Shown here in pieces: positions 1 to 8,363 of a stretch of DNA of 64,000 nucleotides (its first letter is position 1; every line of letters starts with the position of its first letter). The translations under genes were made by a program, and so were the position numbers. The notes below the pieces were generated by a model. It searched no databases. It saw nothing but the letters and a program-made list of their open reading frames with translations, and was not told the DNA's origin. Location of the stretch: assembly GCA_029855935.1 (NCBI GenBank), contig JAGSHN010000031.1, forward strand, positions 73,650 through 137,649, given 5' to 3'. This stretch comes from Candidatus Thorarchaeota archaeon. Its GTDB lineage: Archaea; Asgardarchaeota; Thorarchaeia; Thorarchaeales; Thorarchaeaceae.

Positions 1-1275
1 CGCCTTGCAAGAAAGGTCTGTCAGGGCGCTGTGGCTGGTATCCGAAGACTGGGCGTTGAGGCCGAGTTTCGACCTAAGAACGATATCGAAGTCGGGGGCC
101 GAAAGATATCTGGCACTGGCGGCACCGAGCGAGGAGATGCCTTCATGTATCAGGGGACGCTCCTCATCGACTTCGACGTTGACCTGATGCTCAAGACGCT
201 GAGAATCCCTGTGGAGAAGCTGAAGGACAAGGAGATAGACAGCGTCAAGCAGCGAGTCACCTGCCTCAAATGGGAACTAGGGGAGGTACCTCCACTCCAA
301 CGGATAAAGAGGTCCCTCGTGGAGGGGTTTGCAGAGGTCTTTCAGGCGGAGTTCAGAGAGGAGGAACTCTACGAATGCGAAACAGAACTGCTCAAGGAGA
401 GGCTGCCATACTTCCGGTCTGAGGAATGGGTTCACCTCATCGAGCCGCCAGAGTGGACTCAGGGCCAAGTGACGGCACTTCGCAAGACACCCGGTGGGCT
501 GGTACGCGTCTCAATCGCGCTGAACATTCAAGGAAACTTCATCGTCAGTGCCCTCATCACGGGAGACTTTCAGGTCTTTCCGCAGAGAGCAATAATGGAC
601 CTTGAGGCAAGGCTGAAGAATCTCTCAGCAGACGAGGAGTCAATCAGAGAGGCAGTCTATGATTTCTTCCAAGAAACAGAAACACGCATCTTTGGGGTGG
701 AACCAGACGACCTCGTACAGATAATCCTCGAGGCCGTGAAGAAGAAGGCATTCCACGTCATCGGGCTGAATCTGGAGGAGGCGGACCACATAATGACGGT
801 CAACTTCATGCCGGATGAGCTGCTGGAGCAATATTTCGACTACGTGCTATTACCCTATTGTGCAAAGCTGGTCGACTGTGACTACAGATGGATTGAGGGA
901 TGTGATGCGTGCGGTGGTTGTACAATCAGTCCGGTATACGCGCTCTGTGAAACCCTCGGCATACCAGTGCGAACGATTCAGAACTTCGAACACCTGATTG
1001 AAACCATCAACGAGTTCAAAGAGAGGGGAGCACGTGGGTACATCGGGTCCTGCTGCCAGGGATTCTACACCAAACACCACGATGACTTTGTGGATACGGA
1101 GGTACCTGCCCTCCTAGTCGACGTTGACGACTCCACGTGCTACGAGCTCGGAGAGGAACAAGAGGCCTATATCGGTCAATTCGAGGGACAGACGTCACTC
1201 AAGGATGACTTGATGGTGAAGATCATTCGCGAACTTCACAGAAGAGGACGGATTGGTGGGGTGAAATTCGATTAG
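1..1275 (+). CDS. lplA: Lipoate-protein ligase (LplA-type catalytic + accessory domain) fused to a C-terminal Cys-rich DUF116-like domain; 5' truncated by window edge
   Basis: Frame open from base 1; NDIEVGGRKISGTG and QGTLL ligase motifs; ITGDF accessory domain; C-terminal LPYC-x5-C...CDACGGC...GSCC. Confidence 0.88.
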   Translation, partial: RLARKVCQGAVAGIRRLGVEAEFRPKNDIEVGGRKISGTGGTERGDAFMYQGTLLIDFDVDLMLKTLRIPVEKLKDKEIDSVKQRVTCLKWELGEVPPLQRIKRSLVEGFAEVFQAEFREEELYECETELLKERLPYFRSEEWVHLIEPPEWTQGQVTALRKTPGGLVRVSIALNIQGNFIVSALITGDFQVFPQRAIMDLEARLKNLSADEESIREAVYDFFQETETRIFGVEPDDLVQIILEAVKKKAFHVIGLNLEEADHIMTVNFMPDELLEQYFDYVLLPYCAKLVDCDYRWIEGCDACGGCTISPVYALCETLGIPVRTIQNFEHLIETINEFKERGARGYIGSCCQGFYTKHHDDFVDTEVPALLVDVDDSTCYELGEEQEAYIGQFEGQTSLKDDLMVKIIRELHRRGRIGGVKFD

Positions 1276-2332
1276 GAAGTTCGATGTGATCGTTGTGGGT
1301 GGTGGGCCAGCAGGTGCCGCTACTGCGATTGTCAGTGCCCGACGTGGACACAGAGTTTTACTCATTGAGAGAGGAGTCCCCCCACGACACAAGCCGTGCG
1401 GAGGGGTCCTCCCGCAGGTAGCCGAGGAGACCATTGAGGACATCATCGGTGTACCAATCCCCGAGGAGGTCTTCTCAGACCCGTCGCACCTTGGTCTCTA
1501 CTACGTACCACCCTCAGGGAGAGAGAATGGCGGACGCGTCCGTGGCTACTCCATACTCAACGTTGACAGGGACGCATTCGATGACTGGATCCTCACACGA
1601 GCGATAGTGAACGGAGTCCAAGTGAAGTTCGGTGCCACCTTTGTTGGATTTGTTGACAAGTCGCACACGGAGGTCGTCTACTCAAGTCCCGAGGGGATAC
1701 ACAGGGCAAGGGCCAGATTCGTCGTGGGCGCAGATGGTGTCCGGTCAAGAGTTCGGGATGCTCTGGGTGGGGGACCTGTTCCGCTGCTCGTAGTGGCCCA
1801 GTACTATCTTCCTCGGCAGGCCGCGGGGGCCATTGCGAACTGCTTCTACGGGCTTTTCCGCGAGGACATCTCTCCCTCATACGCCTATGCTATTCCCAAG
1901 GACAAGTCGCTCATTGTGGGCACTGGGGTCTTGCCGAAACAGGAGCCAAATGTAGCCGTGGCCATGCGGGCATTGCTACTGTGGATCAGAGAGGAGTTCG
2001 GCGTGGCCACGGAGACCATCCTGAGGAGAGAGGCGTGGGCCATACCATACGGATTCTTCAATCCGGGAGAGCGAAATGTCATCCTCGTCGGAGACGCGGC
2101 CGGTCTGTGCAATCCGCTCTCGGGAGAGGGTATCAGGCTCGCCATCGAGTCCGGAGAGGCCGCAGCTGACGCCATCGACCAGGCAACCAGAGACAGTGAT
2201 GCTGCAGACATCTATCGCAGTGGTGTGAGGCGTATCGCGGACTTTGTCCAGTCGGTCAGAGAGACGATCGATGGCTGGTCGAACGGTGATAGAGAGCAGT
2301 TCGTGAGGGAAGAGCTGACAAGGAGAATGTGA
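1271..2332 (+). CDS. Geranylgeranyl reductase-like NAD(P)/FAD-dependent oxidoreductase
   Basis: DVIVVGGGPAG, KPCGG, GADG and LVGDAAG-x3-PLSGEGI motifs; start either GTG 1286 or ATT 1271 behind a GGGGTGA SD. Confidence 0.85.
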   Translation: MRKFDVIVVGGGPAGAATAIVSARRGHRVLLIERGVPPRHKPCGGVLPQVAEETIEDIIGVPIPEEVFSDPSHLGLYYVPPSGRENGGRVRGYSILNVDRDAFDDWILTRAIVNGVQVKFGATFVGFVDKSHTEVVYSSPEGIHRARARFVVGADGVRSRVRDALGGGPVPLLVVAQYYLPRQAAGAIANCFYGLFREDISPSYAYAIPKDKSLIVGTGVLPKQEPNVAVAMRALLLWIREEFGVATETILRREAWAIPYGFFNPGERNVILVGDAAGLCNPLSGEGIRLAIESGEAAADAIDQATRDSDAADIYRSGVRRIADFVQSVRETIDGWSNGDREQFVREELTRRM

Positions 2333-2420
2333 GTCATTCGCGTCCCCATCAAGGAGAGAGCGGACAGAACTCGCCAGTGGGAGTAGCATACTGTACTGTC
2401 TGATGGAGGAGTGGAGATGA

Positions 2421-2463
2421 TAAGAAAAAGGGGAGCGCATGGGGAGTACTATGACTCCTCATG
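2421..2463 (-). terminator. Hairpin plus pyrimidine tract after dppB
   Basis: CATGGGGAGT/ACTCCTCATG near-perfect stem followed on the minus strand by CCCCTTTTTCTT. Confidence 0.5.
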
Positions 2464-2476
2464 CCTGTTGCTCGGG

Positions 2477-3526
2477 CTATCCGTACTTGATTCGTGGATC
2501 AAGCACGCCGTACAGCAGGTCCGCCACGAAGTTGGCGAGCACCGCCGTGATGGCGATGATCATAAAGATTGCCTGCACGACGGGATAGTCCAGCCGGACT
2601 AGACTATCGAAGATGTATCTGCCGAGCCCACGCCAGTTGAACACGGTCTCAGTAAGCGTTGCCCCGTTGATGAGGAAACCGAAGGTCATTGCAATGATTG
2701 TGACCATCGGCAGCAGCGCGTTCTTCAGACCGTGCTTGTAGAGGACTTGGTTCTCGTCAAGGCCCTTGGCCCGAGCGGTGAGAATGTAGTCCTCTGTCAT
2801 GACGTCGATCAGGTTGTTGCGCATATACAGGAAGTATCCACCGTAGCCTCCGACGCCCAGAGCGACCATCGGCAATATCAGGTGGTGAAGGATGTTGCCG
2901 GCCACGTATAGTGGCCCCAGCGGGTCGTCTTTGACTGCCACCCAGAGTTCGTAGTCCATCGTACCTCGCAACGGGAAGCTAATCAGACCATTCGTCCATA
3001 TTGGCATGTAGAAGGCAAAGACCATCAGGAGCAGCATTCCCAGCCAGAATATGGGGAGGGCGTAGATGAACAGTGCCACTGTGACGGCGGTTACATCCTT
3101 TGTGGAGCCGGGCTCAGCAGCGACCTTCACACCAGTCCAGATGCCCAAGATGATTGATACTATGGAGGAGGTCCCCATCAACAGCAGAGTGTTGGGAAGA
3201 CGACTCATTATCTCATCGATGACAAGGCCCTTGCTGACAAAGGACCTGCCAAAGTTGCCGGTGAACATGTTGACGATGTAGCGCCAGAACATGTATATCC
3301 AGTCGAAGATGTCAGGGTCTGGTACCAGACCAAATCTGAGATAGATCTCCTCGAGAGCCTCACGGGTCAGGTTTCTCCGGAGGTTCTCGTCAATCATCAG
3401 GTCAACGGGACTGATGCCGAGTACAAACGTCGGAAGCCTGAACAGAAAGAAGTTGAAACAGACGACTGCAACTATCAGCAGGAACATGTAGATGCTTCGT
3501 CTGATGACGTATTCTCGGAGCCCCAA
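2477..3526 (-). CDS. dppB: Peptide/nickel ABC transporter permease (DppB/OppB)
   Basis: GNFGRSF, RLPNT, EAA-like TARAKGL-x7-KHGLKNA, ETVFNWRGLG, LDPRI. Confidence 0.93.
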   Translation of the reverse strand: MGLREYVIRRSIYMFLLIVAVVCFNFFLFRLPTFVLGISPVDLMIDENLRRNLTREALEEIYLRFGLVPDPDIFDWIYMFWRYIVNMFTGNFGRSFVSKGLVIDEIMSRLPNTLLLMGTSSIVSIILGIWTGVKVAAEPGSTKDVTAVTVALFIYALPIFWLGMLLLMVFAFYMPIWTNGLISFPLRGTMDYELWVAVKDDPLGPLYVAGNILHHLILPMVALGVGGYGGYFLYMRNNLIDVMTEDYILTARAKGLDENQVLYKHGLKNALLPMVTIIAMTFGFLINGATLTETVFNWRGLGRYIFDSLVRLDYPVVQAIFMIIAITAVLANFVADLLYGVLDPRIKYG

Positions 3527-3712
3527 AGAATCACCTTCTCATACTATTCGTCACTCAGGTACCTAGTGGCGCTAAGTACCGTGTCACACTGGAGCACGAG
3601 CCTCCACCCCCATATAAGGATAATGTTCACCGCGGAGAGAGGCTGCTGCCGCTGGTGACCAGAGGAGTTTTAGGTTGCGTTCTCACCCCCGACTGCAGCA
3701 GGCGGGATCCAG

Positions 3713-4507
3713 ATGTCAGACCGGAGGAGACTGGCAGAGTTCGCGGTTCTCATCTTCGCATACGTCTTGTTGTCCGCTACAGCAGGCCGAATCGTCCCCG
3801 AACAGATGGAGGACGCGGTTGCAACAGTCACATTCTTCGCAGTGCTATTTCTGATGTATGTCACCGTTGCGCTTTTCTTGGACAGAGAGGGGGGCGGATC
3901 GGTCTCCACTCTGGGGTTGCAACAAGATGGGAAGGCGGTGCAACAGATCTCAGCGGGCGTTCTGGCCGGCGTCGGCGCTGCAATGTCGGTCACGCTGCTG
4001 GCAATACTGCTCGGGGGTCAGCTACGCCCGGCGAGCGACGTGACTGCCGGGCTCCTCATCTCGACAGCGTCCATTGCCGTCATTGTATCATTTGTTGAGG
4101 AGCTGACCTATAGGGGATATCTCCTGACAAGGATGGAGAAGTGTCTTGGACAACGCCTTGCCATCGTCGGAAGCTCTGTGTTCTTCTCGCTGATGCACTT
4201 CTCATGGTGGACTCCGCCCTATCAGGTCCCCCCATATCTCGTGGCGATGTTCACCGCCAATATCTTCGTCGGTGGATGCACCCTTGCACTTGCATACTAC
4301 TGGTCGGGTAGAAGACTCTGGGCCCCGATGGCGTTCCACGCTTCGTGGAATGTCGTGGCATACGCTCTCTTTCCGATATACCCTCGAGAGAACGTCACTC
4401 AGGTCATCCTGACCCAGATAGAGTGGGGAGCCACTACTCTAGTGGGCTTCGCCATCGGCATCATTCTTCTCTGGCTCCTACTCACGGAGGGAGAAAAACA
4501 GGTGTAG
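3713..4507 (+). CDS. CPBP (Abi/CAAX protease-like) intramembrane metalloprotease
   Basis: EELTYRGY, FSLMH and HASWN motifs in a polytopic membrane protein. Confidence 0.88.
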   Translation: MSDRRRLAEFAVLIFAYVLLSATAGRIVPEQMEDAVATVTFFAVLFLMYVTVALFLDREGGGSVSTLGLQQDGKAVQQISAGVLAGVGAAMSVTLLAILLGGQLRPASDVTAGLLISTASIAVIVSFVEELTYRGYLLTRMEKCLGQRLAIVGSSVFFSLMHFSWWTPPYQVPPYLVAMFTANIFVGGCTLALAYYWSGRRLWAPMAFHASWNVVAYALFPIYPRENVTQVILTQIEWGATTLVGFAIGIILLWLLLTEGEKQV

Positions 4508-4562
4508 GAGGCGGGCATAGAATCCGCCTCACCACATAACTTCAGCGTGCTGATACTGTGCC

Positions 4563-5282
4563 CTACTCGCTTGGCTGGGGACCGGTCAACCCTTCACGAG
4601 GACCGGACTCTTCCTCCTCATATGGCACCACAAGCATCGTCATACCGCTCACGCCGAGCACTCTGACAGTCTGGCCGGTCTTGACGTGATCACCAACGGT
4701 GCGCGCCCACCAGATCTCGGCACCTGACTTGACCTTGCCCTTGGGAGCAAGGTCCGTTATGGCAACAGCCGTGGTGGGACCAAAGGTATAGTCTGGCCAC
4801 TTGTCGTAGTCTCTCAGAAGCACCATATAGACGCCCATCAGAGCGAGAGCAGTGCCTGCCATTATGTACACTGCAAGCTGATGCGACGGGTCGGCCAACG
4901 TGGCGACCACTATTGCAAGCGCGTAGATTGGGCAGAACTTCAAGGCAACCTTGGCGTTGAGAAAGCCGCCGTGGAGGAAGCTCCCGCCACCAGCAAACAT
5001 GGCGACCATCAGAAACAAGACGACCGCTATCACAAGCAGCTTGCCAGTGTCGAACTGCGCGTTGCCAAGGAAGACCTCAAAGACAAAGAGAAGTACTACC
5101 AGTGGGATGACCACCTGTGCCATGGCCTTCCCTGTCGCGGGCTCCAGTGTCAACACCATCAGAGTGAGTATGACAGCCATCAGAATCAGTCCTATGAAGG
5201 GGTCATACATGACGTATCCTATGACCCAGCTGAGCAGGGTCAGCATCAGCAGGACAATGCACATCTTCACCCAAGCGTCCAA
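4563..5282 (-). CDS. NfeD-family membrane protein (multi-TM + C-terminal OB fold)
   Basis: About 6 TM helices then AITDLAPKGKVK-x3-EIWWART...VRVLGVSG; directly downstream of an SPFH gene. Confidence 0.8.
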   Translation of the reverse strand: MDAWVKMCIVLLMLTLLSWVIGYVMYDPFIGLILMAVILTLMVLTLEPATGKAMAQVVIPLVVLLFVFEVFLGNAQFDTGKLLVIAVVLFLMVAMFAGGGSFLHGGFLNAKVALKFCPIYALAIVVATLADPSHQLAVYIMAGTALALMGVYMVLLRDYDKWPDYTFGPTTAVAITDLAPKGKVKSGAEIWWARTVGDHVKTGQTVRVLGVSGMTMLVVPYEEEESGPREGLTGPQPSE

Positions 5283-5315
5283 TCCGCCTCACCCACCCCT
5301 AGCTGAAGTCTTTAC

Positions 5316-6137
5316 CTAGCCCCCCTTGTCCGAGGGGACCCTGATGCCGCCTGTCGCCGCACTGAGGGCGGCGGACGTGCCCGCGGCCATTCCGACCTCA
5401 GGGATGTTGGTTGGCACCATAATGATGAGATTGGCATTCTTGGATATCTCTTGCATGATGTTCCATGTTCTCAGCACAAAGCCGATAGTCGACTGCTCGT
5501 ATTTCCTCGCCGCCTGCAACATCGTTTCTGAGGCCTCAAGCTCTGCCTGTGCCAAGGTGATTCTAGCACGTCGCTCTCGCTCAGCCTGCGCCTCGCGGCT
5601 CATCGCATCCTGCAGCTGGGTCGGTATGACAACATCGCGAATCTCAACCGATGAAACCTTGACGCCCCAGTGCTCGGTCTTCTCGTCGATGAGCTCCTGC
5701 AGGTGCATTGCGATCTTGTCGCGCTCGGAGAGCAGTTCATCAAGAGTGACCTTTCCTATGGTCTCTCTGAGCGTCGTCTGGGCTGCAAGCTCGACGGCAA
5801 GGGTGTACCTCTCGACCTCCAGAATTGCCTTCTCCACATCGACGACCTTGAAGTACATCACAGCGTCGACGATGACAGGGACATTGTCCTTGGTGAGTGA
5901 CCTCTCGGTCTTGAAGGCGTACGTCTGAAGTCGGAGCGACACCCTCATTGCGATTGTGTCAATCACGGGTGTCACCCAGATGAGGCCAGGGCCCTTGATT
6001 CCCTTGTACTTGCCGAGCCTCATAATGGCGACACGCTCCCATTCGTTCAACCGCTTGATGCCGCTCGCTATGATCATCAGGATGACAAGCAAGAGCAGCC
6101 CAAATAGAACCCATAGCATCGTTGGATCAATCTGCAA
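5316..6137 (-). CDS. SPFH/band-7 (stomatin/slipin) family protein
   Basis: N-terminal TM, GPGLIW, LTKDNVPV, AQTTLRE, WGVKV-x2-VEIRD, QAERERRA. Confidence 0.95.
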   Translation of the reverse strand: MQIDPTMLWVLFGLLLLVILMIIASGIKRLNEWERVAIMRLGKYKGIKGPGLIWVTPVIDTIAMRVSLRLQTYAFKTERSLTKDNVPVIVDAVMYFKVVDVEKAILEVERYTLAVELAAQTTLRETIGKVTLDELLSERDKIAMHLQELIDEKTEHWGVKVSSVEIRDVVIPTQLQDAMSREAQAERERRARITLAQAELEASETMLQAARKYEQSTIGFVLRTWNIMQEISKNANLIIMVPTNIPEVGMAAGTSAALSAATGGIRVPSDKGG

Positions 6138-6288
6138 CTCTTCAATCTCCCTCTGACAAGTCTATGCGACCTCGGAGCAGATGTCTACTCCGGGCCGCAG
6201 TCGAATCATGTGCATATTAATCTTGACACCCACGTGGTGATGCTGGAGATCTGTGTCGCACCGTGTGGCTCCCTAGCGAGCCCGAGTC

Positions 6289-7029
6289 CTAGCTCTGGCC
6301 GCCAGACCTCAAGAACGGGGTACCTGAAAGAGCCTTGAACAAGGCCAGACCAACGACCACAATGAGGATTGTGGCGACTATTCTCTCCACTGGATACACG
6401 AGCAGGACAATATTGTAGGAGGTTGCCACAGACTCGGGAGAGACTCCCAGAGAGACAAAGTAGTAGGCCGCGATCGCCGAGCCGACAATGTGGTCCGTCA
6501 TGACTGACAGGAATGACGTAATTCCGAGGAAAAGGGTGAGCTGGGTCGGCGAACTTGTGTCAAGGCCCCTCTCCACCACAGATGCCACGCCGGGAATCAG
6601 CATCACAAGCGCAATAGGAAGTGCAATAAGATGAAGCCACAGATAGAGCGGCGCATAGGGAGCAATGGGGCTCGCCACGTAGGCCACAACAGCGATGGGA
6701 TATACGATTCCCACCACCTGGCCCTTGCCGGTGCGCAGGCAGCCAGCAGCCAAGGCGCCTGCCGCCGTGGCGATGGGAGTGTACGGACCCAAGACGCCCG
6801 CCGGGGGATTGAGAACAATTCCAACGTAGGAGCCGATGAGGACGGCGATAGGGCCGTAGATCGGCCCTAGGAGCAGCCCAATCAGCGATGCTGAGAGAAG
6901 GCCCACTGAGATGAAGCCATTCCCACCGACAGCAATCGAGAAAGGAATGATTGTTGCCACCGTGTGGAATGCTGCGAAGATTCCTACAAAGGACCAAGCG
7001 TGGGTAAGGGAAGGTATCTCTAGAGACAT
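6289..7029 (-). CDS. ECF transporter S-component-like membrane protein
   Basis: IGLLLGP-x-YG-x5-IG pattern, about 7 TM, C-terminal YPVER; ATG 7029 preferred over the ORF-track start. Confidence 0.65.
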   Translation of the reverse strand: MSLEIPSLTHAWSFVGIFAAFHTVATIIPFSIAVGGNGFISVGLLSASLIGLLLGPIYGPIAVLIGSYVGIVLNPPAGVLGPYTPIATAAGALAAGCLRTGKGQVVGIVYPIAVVAYVASPIAPYAPLYLWLHLIALPIALVMLIPGVASVVERGLDTSSPTQLTLFLGITSFLSVMTDHIVGSAIAAYYFVSLGVSPESVATSYNIVLLVYPVERIVATILIVVVGLALFKALSGTPFLRSGGQS

Positions 7030-7232
7030 TTCAGTCGCCTTGCGGGTTTCTCTGACTTCCCGCCTGAGAACCTCTATATTAAACGTACGGACCGAGAATA
7101 GCGATAGCCCCCAGCTGTCGCAATCACACCGCACCGTAGTCGTGGGCAGCACATCCCGGCAACAAAACCCTGGTGAAGGGCGCCATGAACGAACGTGCAC
7201 GGGCACAATGGGGAAACCGTCGCCGCGGAGAA

Positions 7233-8171
7233 CTAGCTGCTCGACGACGCCACGACCCAGAAGAAGAGAAAGCCAAGAATCCAGACAAAAAGTCCTGCTC
7301 CAAGGACGACACCGAGTGCAGCACCCATCCCCGATGACCCCAGATTCACGTGGGCATTAGTGAACTGCTTGAATCCGCCGACGTACTTCGTCTCGTAGCC
7401 GCAGTGAAACTCCTTGTCTGTGATGGCACCACATATCTCGCAGACATAGCGATTCTGAAACACAGCGCCAATCAGGCTGTCGAGATTGCAGCCGATGAAG
7501 GCGGTGAGAACAGACAACGGAAATATCAGGAGAATCTCTGCTGACGATGTGACGGGGACAAGACCGGGTGTAAAGAGAGCATAGAGCGAAACAATCGTGC
7601 CGATTGCCGCTCCGGCAAAGAGTGCAACGCCTTCTCCGAGGAGAGAAACAGCCCCAATGGTCCCAGCGGGAACCTTGCGGCGGAGATTGGTGATCAGTCG
7701 GGGCTTTCGCTTGCTGAAGACGCCAATCTCGCTTGCCAGTGTGTCCGCGCTTGTCGTGGCCACCGAGCCTATGAACCCGCCGAACATCCAGAATGCAAGA
7801 GAGGGACTGACTGCACCAACTTCAGCAAGACGCTGTGACACAAAGATGCCAATGGAGAACATCATAGGAATTATGCCACTGCCAAAGACATTCTTCCATG
7901 AACGTTTGCCCTTGGCCTCTTGGGCCACATTCTTTCTCATCTTGGCCCTGTACTTGTACTTCGTTGCAATGCCAGAGCTGATGAAGAAGAAGAGAAGGAC
8001 TGTGAACGCCGCGACACCACCGGTGTACCACACTGTGAATCCAACGAAGAAGGCACTGATGAGTCCCGATATGTCTACGAATCCTAGTCTGTAGCTCAGG
8101 GCCCCTAGAAAGGCCATCACTATCAGACCGGATATGACCGAGCTTGACAGGAACTCTATCACACCTCTCAC
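7233..8171 (-). CDS. DUF92 (TMEM19-like) membrane protein
   Basis: RSWKNV, ADTLASEIG, PRLIT, VPAGT-x-GAVS-x2-G, DSLIGA-x2-Q, CEICG...HCG. Confidence 0.9.
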   Translation of the reverse strand: MRGVIEFLSSSVISGLIVMAFLGALSYRLGFVDISGLISAFFVGFTVWYTGGVAAFTVLLFFFISSGIATKYKYRAKMRKNVAQEAKGKRSWKNVFGSGIIPMMFSIGIFVSQRLAEVGAVSPSLAFWMFGGFIGSVATTSADTLASEIGVFSKRKPRLITNLRRKVPAGTIGAVSLLGEGVALFAGAAIGTIVSLYALFTPGLVPVTSSAEILLIFPLSVLTAFIGCNLDSLIGAVFQNRYVCEICGAITDKEFHCGYETKYVGGFKQFTNAHVNLGSSGMGAALGVVLGAGLFVWILGFLFFWVVASSSS

Positions 8172-8363
8172 CTCGTTGTCTTCGCATCACCGAGAGTCAG
8201 CGTCAACGGCAGTGTTCTATGAGTATATATCAGTTGATAGCAGTATTCTCACATTACCAAGAGGCGGCGTATTGGTGGCATTTAAGCCTTTGCCACCGAC
8301 TTCTGCAGTTGCCGAAGCCGAGTTCGATATAGTACAGAGTCGACGCCCATTCCCGGTGTCAAG

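Noticed and set aside
5326-5928. 200-aa plus-strand ORF (and similar ones at 53984-54646, 36172-36798, 29954-30580)
   Set aside because: Shadow ORFs of well-supported genes, expected at this GC content
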